Notes: generated by a model from the sequence alone, not told the origin. A stretch of 64,000 nt of DNA from Deltaproteobacteria bacterium (GCA_033763315.1 JANRKS010000040.1:160001-224000), one strand, 5' to 3'. Positions 9,878-20,192 are shown, numbered from the stretch's first letter. A program made the numbers and translations.

Positions 9878-12859
9878 ATGCGCCTCTTCCGCCGGCTGGT
9901 GTTCGTTTGTGCGCTTGCAAGCACCACGTCACTGGCACAGGCGGGGCCACAAGAATGGCATACGCTTGATCTGGACCTGCAGTACCGCATCAACGTTCAC
10001 CGCACGTTGGGTTTCGTCAGAGGCATCGCGCAGACCCCCGACGGCTATTTGTGGTTCGGCACAAGCTTCGGCGTGGCTCGCTATGATGGCGTTCGCTTCG
10101 CCTTCTTTGAAAGCGCCAACACTCCTGAGATCAAAGATGATCACGTCCAATCGCTGATCTCGGATGGCCAGGGCGGCCTGTGGATCGGCACTCAAACAGG
10201 TGGCATCGTTCAATTTAAAGACGGGCGCTTTCACACGGTGCCGATCGACGGCATTCCAAACGATGCGGATCTGAACAGCGTGGATCTAGATGATCAGGGC
10301 ACGTTGTGGGTGGGCACGCGGCGCTTTGGGCTGCTGAAGTACCGCGATGGAACGTGGGGCCGTGTGCCGGAGTTGGGTATCGCTGTGAACCGGTCGGTGC
10401 GCGGTTACGGCAACGCGCTTTTGTTTGCGATTGACGATCATTGGTGGCGTGTAAAGGACGGGCAGATAACGAAAGTGCAAGACGTTCGTCCCACGGGGAG
10501 CGCTTACGAAAACACCCCGTTCCTGCTGCGTGAAGTGTTGCCGCCCAGCACCGCATGGGATTCACCGCTGTTTGACCCCATACGCGACGCACACCTGCAA
10601 GCGTCCTCGGTGGCTGATGACGGAACTGTGTGGCTGGGGGTGGGCGGTCTGACCCGCATCGCGAACGGGACCCGGCGCACCTTCCGCGTAAGCGATGGCG
10701 TGGCTAGCGAAAACGTCCTGACAATCTATCAAGACAGCGAAAGCAACGTGTGGGCGGGCCACTATGGCACGGGCCTCACCCAGATGACGCGGGTGCCATT
10801 CTTTAATTTTTCGATGCGTGAGGGCTTTGGTGGCGGAGCCGCTTTTTCCTTGGCACAAACGCGCGCCGGCACGATTTGGATCTCGCAATCGAGTGGCCTC
10901 ACCGAGGTGCAGGGGCAGAAGTTTCGCAACTGGTCCACCGACGATCAATTTCCGGCATGGGCGGTGCGCACGTTGGTGGTGGCACCTGATGATTCGCTAT
11001 GGATGCTTATGCTGGATCAGGGCATCGGTCATTTCGTCGACGGAAAAATCACCACGTATGCCCTGCCGCAGACGCCAAAGACCAATGCAATCACGGCCCT
11101 GACCGTCACGCGCGCCAACGAGGTTTGGGGGGCCATGGGCAGGGGTGGGTTGGTCAAACTTGTTGATGACAAACTCATTGAAGTGGCGGTTCCTGAGCTT
11201 GGAACGCCCGGCTGCAACGGGCCATCATCTGTGGAGTTTCCGTGTGAGCAGTCAGTCAACAGCTTGGTGGAGGCCAACGACGGCGGCTTCTGGATGGGCA
11301 CCACGGGACGCGGCTTGTGGAAGCGCGACAAGCAAGGGCGCAGTGTGGCGGTGCAGCCCGAACAGGTTGGCAACGCCCTGGTTTACGACGTGCTCGAAGA
11401 AGGCAACGGCGCACTTTGGGTGGGAACCGATCGCGGCCTATTCTTGATTCGCGATGGCCGGGCCACCGCGTTCACCCGTAAAGAGGGGCTGGCATCCGAC
11501 GGTACGTTCTCTATTCTTGACGACGCCCACGGGCGCTTGTGGTTATGCAGTGAACGTGGCGTTGCCAGCGTCAGGCGCGAAGAGTTCGAGGCTGTGGTCG
11601 CAGGGCAGGCCCAACGTGTGGATCCCGTGATTTTTCGTGCTTTGGATGGACTTCCCAGCGACGAAATGATTCGCCGGTTTGAACGCAGTGCCTTGCGCGC
11701 GCAAGATGGCCGCCTGTGGTTCGCCGCCGTGGCAGGCGTGGCCGTGTTTCAGCCGCCCGAAAAAGTTTCGGTGCCGCCTCCCCCCGTGGCACGCATTGAA
11801 CGCGTGGTGCTCAAACGCAAGCAGTTCACACCACCTTTCCCCGAAGCGGAGGTGGAAGTGGCGCCAGGGCAAGGCGATTTGGAATTTCAATACACGGCGC
11901 CCGCCTTCGGCGCGCCTCACCGGCTGCGCTTTCGCTACAAGCTTGAAGGCTTCGATCGGGACTGGGTGCGCGCGGCTGAACGTCGGTCTGCCTTTTACAC
12001 AAACATCCCTCCCGGTCGTTACACCTTCAAGGTGGTGGCCGAAAGGCCGGAATCAAGCGCTTCGACCGTGACCGCGTCCTTCGCGTTCACGTTGAGGCCG
12101 ACGTTCTTTGAAACGTTTTGGTTCTACTTGGCTTTGGGGGGGGCCTTGCTGCTTTTGGCGGTGCTCGTGCAGCGTTTGCGCATCCGCGCGGTGCAGGCAA
12201 AGTTTCAAGCGGTGCTGGATGAGCGCAACCGCATCGCGCGCGACCTACACGACACGTTGGCGCAGGTGTTCTCGGCGATCGGATTTCAGATCGATTCGGT
12301 GATTGGGTTGGTGGCCCAAGGCCAGGCGCTTCCCAAGGATCGCCTCAAGCGCGTGCGGCAGATGGTGGCACACGCGCGCCTTGCGGCCCGCAATGTGGTT
12401 TGGAACCTACGCCAAAGCGAAGGTGACGAATCCTCCATCCGTTCGCTGATCTCAAAGCTGGAGGCCATTCCTCCGCTTTACGATTCCGTCCGCATCGTCG
12501 TCAGCTCGCCCGACATGCAAAGGTTTCTACCCGCCGCGGTTGAGAACGAGCTGTTTCACATCGCCCAAGAGGCGGTTAGCAACGCGGTGGAACATGGCAA
12601 GGCCGGCCTCATCTCGATCGAGCTTGAGATCGCGAACGACGAATTGGAACTTCTGATCCACGACAATGGCGTGGGCTTCGAGCCGCGCCCGCCCGAACAA
12701 GCCGATGAGCCGCGTTTCGGTTTGCGAGGCATGCGTGAGCGAGCGTCCCGCATTGGCGCGCAGATGACCATGCACACCGAACCCGACGTTGGCACGGAAG
12801 TGAGCGTCAAAGTGAAGTTGGGGCAAAGCCACGCGCCGCCCGACAGCGCCGCGTCTTAA
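9878..12859 (+). CDS. Sensor histidine kinase with periplasmic Reg_prop beta-propeller and Y_Y_Y domain, HisKA_3 type
   Basis: Repeats such as QTPDGYLWFGT/DGQGGLWIGT, YKLEGFDRDW...YTNIPPGRYTF, TM, ERNRIARDLHD, DNGVGF. Confidence 0.93.
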   Translation: MRLFRRLVFVCALASTTSLAQAGPQEWHTLDLDLQYRINVHRTLGFVRGIAQTPDGYLWFGTSFGVARYDGVRFAFFESANTPEIKDDHVQSLISDGQGGLWIGTQTGGIVQFKDGRFHTVPIDGIPNDADLNSVDLDDQGTLWVGTRRFGLLKYRDGTWGRVPELGIAVNRSVRGYGNALLFAIDDHWWRVKDGQITKVQDVRPTGSAYENTPFLLREVLPPSTAWDSPLFDPIRDAHLQASSVADDGTVWLGVGGLTRIANGTRRTFRVSDGVASENVLTIYQDSESNVWAGHYGTGLTQMTRVPFFNFSMREGFGGGAAFSLAQTRAGTIWISQSSGLTEVQGQKFRNWSTDDQFPAWAVRTLVVAPDDSLWMLMLDQGIGHFVDGKITTYALPQTPKTNAITALTVTRANEVWGAMGRGGLVKLVDDKLIEVAVPELGTPGCNGPSSVEFPCEQSVNSLVEANDGGFWMGTTGRGLWKRDKQGRSVAVQPEQVGNALVYDVLEEGNGALWVGTDRGLFLIRDGRATAFTRKEGLASDGTFSILDDAHGRLWLCSERGVASVRREEFEAVVAGQAQRVDPVIFRALDGLPSDEMIRRFERSALRAQDGRLWFAAVAGVAVFQPPEKVSVPPPPVARIERVVLKRKQFTPPFPEAEVEVAPGQGDLEFQYTAPAFGAPHRLRFRYKLEGFDRDWVRAAERRSAFYTNIPPGRYTFKVVAERPESSASTVTASFAFTLRPTFFETFWFYLALGGALLLLAVLVQRLRIRAVQAKFQAVLDERNRIARDLHDTLAQVFSAIGFQIDSVIGLVAQGQALPKDRLKRVRQMVAHARLAARNVVWNLRQSEGDESSIRSLISKLEAIPPLYDSVRIVVSSPDMQRFLPAAVENELFHIAQEAVSNAVEHGKAGLISIELEIANDELELLIHDNGVGFEPRPPEQADEPRFGLRGMRERASRIGAQMTMHTEPDVGTEVSVKVKLGQSHAPPDSAAS

Positions 12860-13353
12860 CGCTTCGCCACCGTTTCGCAGCGCCCGGCTTTGCAAACGGC
12901 GATCTTGGTCATACACGGATCAGCAAGACACCGCACCCCAGGGCCCGTGCACGGCGGCAGCTCCTGCTTGGGCCCCAGGGCGCGGCAGTCGCAACCCGTG
13001 CAGTAATCGGCGGTGGCGCGGCAGTCGGCATCCGTCTTACACACGCCTGCGGCGTCGTTGGCAGGCTCGGGCTCGCAGAACTGCTGCGTACAAACCCCGC
13101 CCGGCGCCGTGCAAATGCCACAGCTTTGGTTGCAGCACACTTCATTGGCGGCGCACTTGACCGGTCCACAAGGCTCGCCCCCCGCTGCCGGGGCTTCGTC
13201 CATTTGACCAGCGGCCGATCCGTTGTTGGCCGAACCTTGGTTGATCGTGTGGGCGTCTTGTGCGGGCGGCTGTTGCGGCGCCTGCCGGTTGCACGCCGCC
13301 AGACCAACCCCCAACACCACCCACAGAAGTCCCTTTGCAACCACGCTTGTCAT
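12856..13353 (-). CDS. Cys-rich lipoprotein of unknown function
   Basis: Lipobox LAAC; modules CGPVKC..CCNQSCGIC..CTQQFC and CKTDADC..CTGCDC..C. Confidence 0.75.
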   Translation of the reverse strand: MTSVVAKGLLWVVLGVGLAACNRQAPQQPPAQDAHTINQGSANNGSAAGQMDEAPAAGGEPCGPVKCAANEVCCNQSCGICTAPGGVCTQQFCEPEPANDAAGVCKTDADCRATADYCTGCDCRALGPKQELPPCTGPGVRCLADPCMTKIAVCKAGRCETVAKR

Positions 13354-13394
13354 GGCAGACAGTCTACACAGAAGCGCGCCGCAGCGCCGGTGCC

Positions 13395-14639
13395 CTAGTG
13401 GCCGCGGCGGATCTCAGGCGGGTGAAAGCGTATCAAGAAGCTGTGCACTTCATTTTCGGCGCACGTGATGCGCCCGGTTTCTGGTTCAAACAGCTTCGGC
13501 ACAAACTGGCGCTGCCGCTCATGCGTCACCCGGTAACCGCGCTCTGACAAAGCGTCGATCGTCATGTCGATGGCCATGGGATCTGTGAACACGGCGTTCT
13601 CCGTTTTGATGTGCGCCCGGCCCGCGAGCGCGTGCCTGCGGATGGCGGGCACAAATTCGGATTCAATCACCGCCACCGTGCGGCGAAACAGCTCGGCGTG
13701 CCTGTGCTCATAGTTATCCAAACGGCGCACCAGCTCTTGGCGCGCGTGCACAATGACTTCAGAGGCCACCGGCAGATGGTGAATGATGTCGTAGGTGCCA
13801 TGCCCGAGCTCCAGCGAGCTCTGGTACTGGAACTCATTGATGATGTTCGCTTCCACTTCATCAAGGGGCGCCTGCGCGTTGATGAAGTGGTAGTGGAAGT
13901 GCTTGCGGAGGCTCGTGAGCGCCTCATAGGTCTGGTCTTTGAACGTTCGGTATCGGTTGCGCGCCAGCTCCTCGTCCACATCCGTCGGGCGCAGCTCGAT
14001 CGGGCGACCAAGGCCGGTCTTCTTGACCTTCTGGTTGTGCTTTTCGATCTCTACGCCCCGCTGCAGTTGACGTTCCACTGACGTTTGTTCATCAACGAAC
14101 AGCACCGTGATGCGAAACAGGGGGCGGCGGAACTCCGGGCCTATCGGGGTGCGATAAAATTCGGCGCGCAGATCCAGCATACGGTCATGCAGCAACTTTA
14201 CGGCTTCCACCTGCATTTTGGTGCGCGGGAAACCATCCACCACGACGCCGCTTTCGTATTCGGACTTAAGGAGCTGGCGCAGGAGAACTTCGATGACTTC
14301 GCGATCGCCCACCAGTTTTCCCTGGTCCTTGAGGGCCTGCATCTCCGCGGTGTCTAGGAGGTCGCTCATCACGATCGGTGGCGCCGTGAGGCTGCGCTCC
14401 CGCATGATAAATGGCGTGTTCGTTCCCTTACCCGCACCGGGCGCCCCGCCCAGCCACATGATTTCTTTCGGAAACCGAAGGTTGGCGCGGCCGAAATCCT
14501 GCTCCAGGCGCCGCCACACCTGACCAAAGATCAGTGGTGCGTCTTTGATTTCAAGTTCGTTGTTCGGAACCAGCGAAGCGTCGCTGTCGCCGGGGTTTTG
14601 CACGGGAATTGACACGCGCAACAGTATGCGGGGTATCAC
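13395..14639 (-). CDS. Atypical long adenylate/nucleoside monophosphate kinase
   Basis: P-loop GAPGAGKGT and VDGFPRT; about 414 aa with long C-terminal extension. Confidence 0.85.
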   Translation of the reverse strand: MIPRILLRVSIPVQNPGDSDASLVPNNELEIKDAPLIFGQVWRRLEQDFGRANLRFPKEIMWLGGAPGAGKGTNTPFIMRERSLTAPPIVMSDLLDTAEMQALKDQGKLVGDREVIEVLLRQLLKSEYESGVVVDGFPRTKMQVEAVKLLHDRMLDLRAEFYRTPIGPEFRRPLFRITVLFVDEQTSVERQLQRGVEIEKHNQKVKKTGLGRPIELRPTDVDEELARNRYRTFKDQTYEALTSLRKHFHYHFINAQAPLDEVEANIINEFQYQSSLELGHGTYDIIHHLPVASEVIVHARQELVRRLDNYEHRHAELFRRTVAVIESEFVPAIRRHALAGRAHIKTENAVFTDPMAIDMTIDALSERGYRVTHERQRQFVPKLFEPETGRITCAENEVHSFLIRFHPPEIRRGH

Positions 14640-14693
14640 GACACACGGCTAGGGCCCAGGCGTGCTGTTGCGGAACCTGAGGCGCCAAAACCC

Positions 14694-14737
14694 AAAGAAA
14701 AAAGGCCGCGCCATCCCCCAAGAGGGCGAGCGCAGCC
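14694..14737 (-). terminator. Rho-independent terminator downstream of HU gene
   Basis: Minus strand AGGCTGCGC...GCGCGGCCT stem followed by TTTTTCTTT. Confidence 0.7.
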
Positions 14738-14796
14738 TGATTCCTGACTTTCACGAGCCGCCGTTGGATTGCGCCAACCGCGAGATCGAACGGTGC

Positions 14797-15144
14797 TTAA
14801 ACCGCGTCTTTGGCGGCCTTCACAGGACGCGCCTTGATCACCTTGCGAGCGGGCTTCGCTTTGAAGACCGTTGGTTCGCCGGTGAATGGGTTGATGCCCT
14901 TGCGAGCCTTCGTTGCGGGCTTCTTGACCACGGTCAAACGGACCAAGCCGGGAACCACGAACAACGAATTCTTCTTGAGCTCTTTGTAGCCGAGGTCGGC
15001 AAGAGCTTCAACGACGCCCTTTACGTCCTTGCGGGCCAGTTCGCTGGAATCAGCGATCGCCTGGATCAAACCGCTCTTTGAAAGGGGGCCTCCGCTGGCC
15101 TTCTCTTTAACAACTTTTGCTTTTTTCGCTTTTTTTGCAGCCAT
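14797..15144 (-). CDS. HU family DNA-binding protein with Lys/Ala-rich N-terminus
   Basis: MAAKKAKK...LSKSGLIQAIA...ARKGINPFTGEP; GGAGA RBS just upstream of ATG 15144. Confidence 0.92.
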   Translation of the reverse strand: MAAKKAKKAKVVKEKASGGPLSKSGLIQAIADSSELARKDVKGVVEALADLGYKELKKNSLFVVPGLVRLTVVKKPATKARKGINPFTGEPTVFKAKPARKVIKARPVKAAKDAV

Positions 15145-15444
15145 AAAACGTCTCCTTGTTCGGAACGACTTGGGCATTGAAACAGCACTTTGGTGACTTC
15201 GACAATAGAAATTGTTGAAATTGTCGGTAGTTTTGCGTTTTTTTCTAAGAGCACCACATGTGTGATGCCTGGTTTTGCGGACAAACAGCAGCAGCGGCGC
15301 AAGCGTTCGCGGCAACGACCCCGCGGGCCGCCCAGGCAGAGATCAGCGATTTTATCGGTAAATAGCCTGTAATTCGCCATCTCGGTGCGCATCGTCACCG
15401 GGCCGATGCCATCGCTTGCAAGGTTGCCTGAACTTGATTGACGC

Positions 15445-18360
15445 TTGGACAAGCATCAGGCAAACGTTGTTGGACCCATCGGAGGATCCCCTGTGCTTAA
15501 GATTGTTTGTCCACCTTGCGTGTCTTCACTGTGCCTTACGCTCTCGACGTTGTTGGCACTCGCCGGCCTCAGCGCCTGTGCGACGAGCACCGACAGCATG
15601 TACACGCAGTTCGTAAAGCCGCCTTCGGACGCGCGGCCGTTTGTGCGCTGGTGGTGGAACGGGGGCCGGGTCAACGAGCGTGAGATCCTGCGCGAGCTCG
15701 ACGTTATGAACGCGGCGGGGATTGGCGGCGTTGAGATCAACACCATCGCGATGCCCGAGGGCGCCACGCCTCAATCTCTGGCGCAATCTCCGGCACTCGA
15801 ATGGTTGGGTGACGAGTGGACGAAGATGGTGCGCGCCGCCTCTGACGGGGCCAAGGCGCGTGGCATGACTGCTGACCTCATCGTGGGTTCGGGTTGGCCC
15901 TTCGGTGGCCGTTTCTTGGCTGTTGAGGAGCAAACCCAGCGTGTTTTGCTGGTCAAACGCGAGATCATTGGGCCACGCGTTTTAGACCTAAGCGTGGACG
16001 AGCTGGGGCAGGCGCCCATGCAAAGCGGTCGTCGCAGCCGGGACGAAAGCGCTCCGTCGCGACGGCAGTTGGCGATGGTGCGCCTTCTGCCCACCGACGC
16101 CATGGCGGCCACTTTCACCGCGGGTCACGATCTGACCCCGTCGGTCGCGGACGGACGCATCCGCATAAACGTTCCGCAAGGGCGTCACGCCATTTATGCC
16201 GTCTTTCGCGATTGGGGCTTTACGCACGTCAAGCTTGGCGCCCCAGGCGCCGACGGTCCGGTGGTCAACCATTTCGACGCGCAGGCGGTCCGAAAATACC
16301 TGGACCACATGGCGGCCAAGTTGTCGCCCGCGTTCGGCGGACGTTTGGGCAACAAGCTGCGCGCGTTGTTCATCGATAGCCTTGAATTGGATCACGCCAA
16401 CTGGGCAGACGACCTATTCGCCGAATTCCAACAGCGCCGCGGTTATGATTTGGCGCCCTATCTGCCGTTCGTTCTGGACGCCGACGTGCCGGACGCGGAT
16501 TCAGCGTTTTTCAGAACAGTGCGGCGGGCCCGTTACGATTTTGCGAGAACCCTGGTTGAGCTGTTCGAGACGCGCTTCGTTGGCACGTTCGTAAGGTTCT
16601 GCGAGGAGCAGGGCGTTTTGGCGCGCGTGCAGGCGTATGGACGCGAGACGCATCCGTTGCATGGGGGCATGCAGGTGCATTTGCCCGAGGGAGAAACGTG
16701 GCTGTGGCACGATGAGGCCAACCAGACGCGCATCAAGGTGGAATCCACCTCTGTGAATAAGTACGTGTCGTCGGCCGCGCATCTTACGGGCAAAGCGCGC
16801 GTCAGCTTCGAGGCCATGACTAATGCCGTGCCCGTCTTCCGCGAGACGTTGGCGAATTTCAAAGAAGGCCTAGATTTGTCCTTGCTGGCCGGCCTGAACC
16901 ATCCCGTCATTCACGGGTTCAACTACACGCCGCTAGAAGCGGGCTTTCCCGGCTGGGTGCGGTTTGGTTGCTACCTTAACGAACGAACCCCCTGGTGGCC
17001 TGCGTTTCCGCGCTTCTCCGATTACGCCGCACGCCTGGGCACGGTCTTACGTGCGTCTATGGCGCACGCTCAAGTGGCCATCTTGGCGCCGCGAGCAGAC
17101 GAGTGGGCGCGCCTTGGCCTGCTTTACCAGCCGTTCCCAGAGCAGCGCTTCCCTTGGTACCAATACAGCATGGCCTCGGCCGTCCAAAACGTGGGTTACG
17201 GCAGTGACTTCGTCAGCGAGCGCATTTTGCAGAACGCCACCTTTGCCGGTGGGCGCATCAACTTCGGCCCGCAAAGCTATGGGCTGCTGGTGATTCAAAA
17301 CGCCGAATCGCTGGAACTGCCAACCGTCAAAGCCGTCCTGGCTTACGCGAAGGCGGGGGGCCGCGTGTTGTTTGTCGGGCAAGTGCCAAGCCACGCACCG
17401 GGACTGGGACCAGATCTGCAGAACGACGGCGGCGTGGCCCAATTGATCAAAGAAGTGATGGCAAGCGACCACGTCAAAGTGGTGCCCGAGCCGCGTGAGG
17501 CTGACGGACTGCCCGGTTTGGTGGCCTGGAGCCAGCAGCATCTTCCGCCCACCGGCGTCACGCCTGCGGCGGTCATCGACGCACCGGTGGCCCACGTTTC
17601 GCAGATCCATCATGATTCGCCGTCCGGTGATGTGTTCTTTTTCGCGAACACGAGCACCGAGCAAGACGCGGCTTTGAAGGTAGCGTTTCCCACGACGCAA
17701 GGAACGCCTTGGCGGTGGGATCCGCAAACCGGTGAGCGCACGCCCTACCCCGCTGGCAACCCGCAAGCGTTGCCGATCACGTTGCAGCCACAACAGTCGC
17801 TGTTGTTGGTGTTCGAAAAGTCTGCACCCAGGTTGGCCGAAGGCGGCGTTGAGCGCTTGAGCACTGCCTACCCTGCCCCCGGTGAGCCGATCAAGCTGCG
17901 CCCGTTGACGACCCTCGATGGCCCGTGGCAGGCAAGCTTTCACCCGGCCAACAAAGGCGCGCCGTTTGCACGGGTGATGACAAAACTGCTCGATCTAAGC
18001 AAACAATCCGACGATCGGGATCTGGCCACGTTCGCCGGCACAGTCACATACACGCAAGGCTTCACACTGCCTGCCACGGGTCCGATGGTTCTAGATCTCG
18101 GTGAGGTCAATTCCGTGTCCAGCGTCAGCGTCAATGGCGTTGACCTCGGCACGCAATGGTATGGCCACCACCGCTACAACATCTCGCCAGCGCTCAAAGT
18201 GGGCGGAAACACCGTCACCATCACGGTTCACACAGTGCTGGCCAACATGATGAAGAACATGAAAGACAACGCCTCGGCGCAACACTGGGCGTTCTGGTTC
18301 AAGCCCATCCCCGCAGGTTTGGTGGGGCCGGTGGTGCTGGCACAGCCACAACCACTGTGA
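15445..18360 (+). CDS. GH106-like glycoside hydrolase (alpha-L-rhamnosidase-like) lipoprotein; start uncertain, possibly GTG near 15520
   Basis: Lipobox LSAC, RPFVRWWWNG, GGVEIN, GSGWPFGG, FIDSLE; C-terminal sugar-binding fold LDLGEV...GLVGPV. Confidence 0.82.
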   Translation: MDKHQANVVGPIGGSPVLKIVCPPCVSSLCLTLSTLLALAGLSACATSTDSMYTQFVKPPSDARPFVRWWWNGGRVNEREILRELDVMNAAGIGGVEINTIAMPEGATPQSLAQSPALEWLGDEWTKMVRAASDGAKARGMTADLIVGSGWPFGGRFLAVEEQTQRVLLVKREIIGPRVLDLSVDELGQAPMQSGRRSRDESAPSRRQLAMVRLLPTDAMAATFTAGHDLTPSVADGRIRINVPQGRHAIYAVFRDWGFTHVKLGAPGADGPVVNHFDAQAVRKYLDHMAAKLSPAFGGRLGNKLRALFIDSLELDHANWADDLFAEFQQRRGYDLAPYLPFVLDADVPDADSAFFRTVRRARYDFARTLVELFETRFVGTFVRFCEEQGVLARVQAYGRETHPLHGGMQVHLPEGETWLWHDEANQTRIKVESTSVNKYVSSAAHLTGKARVSFEAMTNAVPVFRETLANFKEGLDLSLLAGLNHPVIHGFNYTPLEAGFPGWVRFGCYLNERTPWWPAFPRFSDYAARLGTVLRASMAHAQVAILAPRADEWARLGLLYQPFPEQRFPWYQYSMASAVQNVGYGSDFVSERILQNATFAGGRINFGPQSYGLLVIQNAESLELPTVKAVLAYAKAGGRVLFVGQVPSHAPGLGPDLQNDGGVAQLIKEVMASDHVKVVPEPREADGLPGLVAWSQQHLPPTGVTPAAVIDAPVAHVSQIHHDSPSGDVFFFANTSTEQDAALKVAFPTTQGTPWRWDPQTGERTPYPAGNPQALPITLQPQQSLLLVFEKSAPRLAEGGVERLSTAYPAPGEPIKLRPLTTLDGPWQASFHPANKGAPFARVMTKLLDLSKQSDDRDLATFAGTVTYTQGFTLPATGPMVLDLGEVNSVSSVSVNGVDLGTQWYGHHRYNISPALKVGGNTVTITVHTVLANMMKNMKDNASAQHWAFWFKPIPAGLVGPVVLAQPQPL

Positions 18361-19077
18361 CTAAGCGCCCGTACGAGCCACGATCACAACCCGCCACGGC
18401 CGCACCCGTTTCACCACGGCGTCCGTGGCGAACCCCGCGGCCTCGCACGCCTGGCGCAACTCAGGGACCTTAAAGCCTTTGCGAATGGAAAGGCGCCCAT
18501 CCGCAAATACAAAACTGCGATGAAACGCCACCGCGGCCAGCGCGGTGTAAAGCGTATAGGCCATGGGTGATCGTTCGAGGTCATTGATCAGCAGCAGCCG
18601 TTTTGCGCAGGCGCGCAAGCGCGCCAACACGGGCACCAACGCGTCCGGTGGAATGTGGTGCAGCACGTGGTTGCAGTAAACGTAATCCGGCTTGGCCGCG
18701 CAGAGTTCATCCAAACTGCCTTGCACCACCCGCACGTTTGCAAACCGCAACAGCTTACGTTGCGCCCGCTCCACGGCCCTCGCCTCGCTATCCACGCCCA
18801 CAAGCTTGACCTGCAAACCCTGCTGTTGGCACCGCTTTGCAAGCCACGCCAACACATCCCCGCCGCCACAACCCAGCTCTGCGATGGTCACCTCGCCGCC
18901 GCGCGCCTTGATGTCAGCCAAGACTTCGCTTTGCAGCAGTGGCCGCATCCGCGACAACAAGCGGTTGATGATGGCCAGCTGCACATAAGTGCGCCGCAAC
19001 TTGGCGTCGTCGCAATCGGGCGCGTCCATCTGTTCGGGCAGATAGATCCGCTGCGCGAACGAAGGCAACCAGCTCAC
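18361..19077 (-). CDS. SAM-dependent methyltransferase of the type III PKS cluster
   Basis: EQMDAPD, ELGCGGGD SAM motif, NHVLHH, DGRLSIRKGF; GTG start overlaps PKS stop (GTGA). Confidence 0.88.
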   Translation of the reverse strand: MSWLPSFAQRIYLPEQMDAPDCDDAKLRRTYVQLAIINRLLSRMRPLLQSEVLADIKARGGEVTIAELGCGGGDVLAWLAKRCQQQGLQVKLVGVDSEARAVERAQRKLLRFANVRVVQGSLDELCAAKPDYVYCNHVLHHIPPDALVPVLARLRACAKRLLLINDLERSPMAYTLYTALAAVAFHRSFVFADGRLSIRKGFKVPELRQACEAAGFATDAVVKRVRPWRVVIVARTGA

Positions 19078-20192
19078 AGGGCCCCCGGATGCTCCAACAA
19101 CGCCGACTCCAACGTTAAACCAGGGCCAAAGCCGCAGGCATAAACGGCCCCTGCGGCAGGCAAAGCCCGTATGCGATCCAAGATGAACCACAAGGTCGCC
19201 GAACTCATATTGCCGCACGTGCGCAACACATCACGCGGAATGCCCACGTCACTTTCCTGCAGGTCCAAAGCCTTCACCGCTTTGTCCAAAATGGCAGGGC
19301 CACCGGGATGAATGGCCCAGTGCTTGATCGCCGCACGATCTACCTTCAGCTCCTGCAGCAACGTCTCGAAGGCGGCAGGCAAGTGCTTGTGCAACAAAAA
19401 TGGAACGCGAGGCGAAAGCGTCATGTGAAAGCCCGTGTCGCCAATCCGCCACGTCATATCCTCTTCGCCGTTTGGCAGCAAGAACGCGCCCGCGCCTTTG
19501 ATCAGCAACGGGGTGCCATTGACCAGACCTGCGTGCGTGGCTGTGCCCACCAAAGCCGCCGCCACACCATCGGCAAACAAAGAGTTGGCGATCAGCGTGT
19601 CGACGTCGGGCGAAAAGTGCACGTGCAAACTGCACAGCTCCACGTGAACCACCAACACCAAGGCGTTCGGATCGGCTTGGCAAATCGTGTTGGCGAGTTT
19701 CAGCGTCGAGAACCCCGCATAGCAACCCATAAAGCCCACGTGTGTGCGGTGAACGCGCGGCGACAACCCCAACGCACGCACCAACGCAATGTCGAAGCCG
19801 GGCGCCGTGAAGCCCGTGCAACTGGCCGTCACAAGATGGGTGACGCGCGCCTGCCAAGGCTTGCCGCCAAGGCCACCGCACGCCTTGATCGCCAGCACGT
19901 TCGCTTCGCGCTCAAACAATTGGTTCCGCGCCGCGGAGCCTGGTTCGGGGCGAAAATCCGCTGATTTTGGAAAGAACGTGCGCTCACTCGCGGACACGCC
20001 GTAGTCCGCAATGGCAGTGTAACGCTGCTCGATGCCCGAAGCGTTGAGCAGCCGCTCTAAGAACGCAAGGGCTTCTGGTTGTTCGTGAAACACCTGCCGT
20101 GCGATGGCAATCGATTGCTCGCGCGTGCAAACGTGAGACGGCAATGCAGTGGCGATGCTCAAAACACGCGGCGTAAGAGGTTGGGTGGTCAT
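19074..20192 (-). CDS. Type III polyketide synthase (chalcone/stilbene synthase-like)
   Basis: Catalytic triad GFMGCYAG, WAIHPGG, GNMSS; GFGPGLT. Confidence 0.95.
   Translation of the reverse strand: MTTQPLTPRVLSIATALPSHVCTREQSIAIARQVFHEQPEALAFLERLLNASGIEQRYTAIADYGVSASERTFFPKSADFRPEPGSAARNQLFEREANVLAIKACGGLGGKPWQARVTHLVTASCTGFTAPGFDIALVRALGLSPRVHRTHVGFMGCYAGFSTLKLANTICQADPNALVLVVHVELCSLHVHFSPDVDTLIANSLFADGVAAALVGTATHAGLVNGTPLLIKGAGAFLLPNGEEDMTWRIGDTGFHMTLSPRVPFLLHKHLPAAFETLLQELKVDRAAIKHWAIHPGGPAILDKAVKALDLQESDVGIPRDVLRTCGNMSSATLWFILDRIRALPAAGAVYACGFGPGLTLESALLEHPGAL

Noticed and set aside
15145-15315. N-terminal extension of HU in the ORF track
   Set aside because: A clear RBS precedes ATG 15144 and the extension is AT-rich promoter-like sequence.
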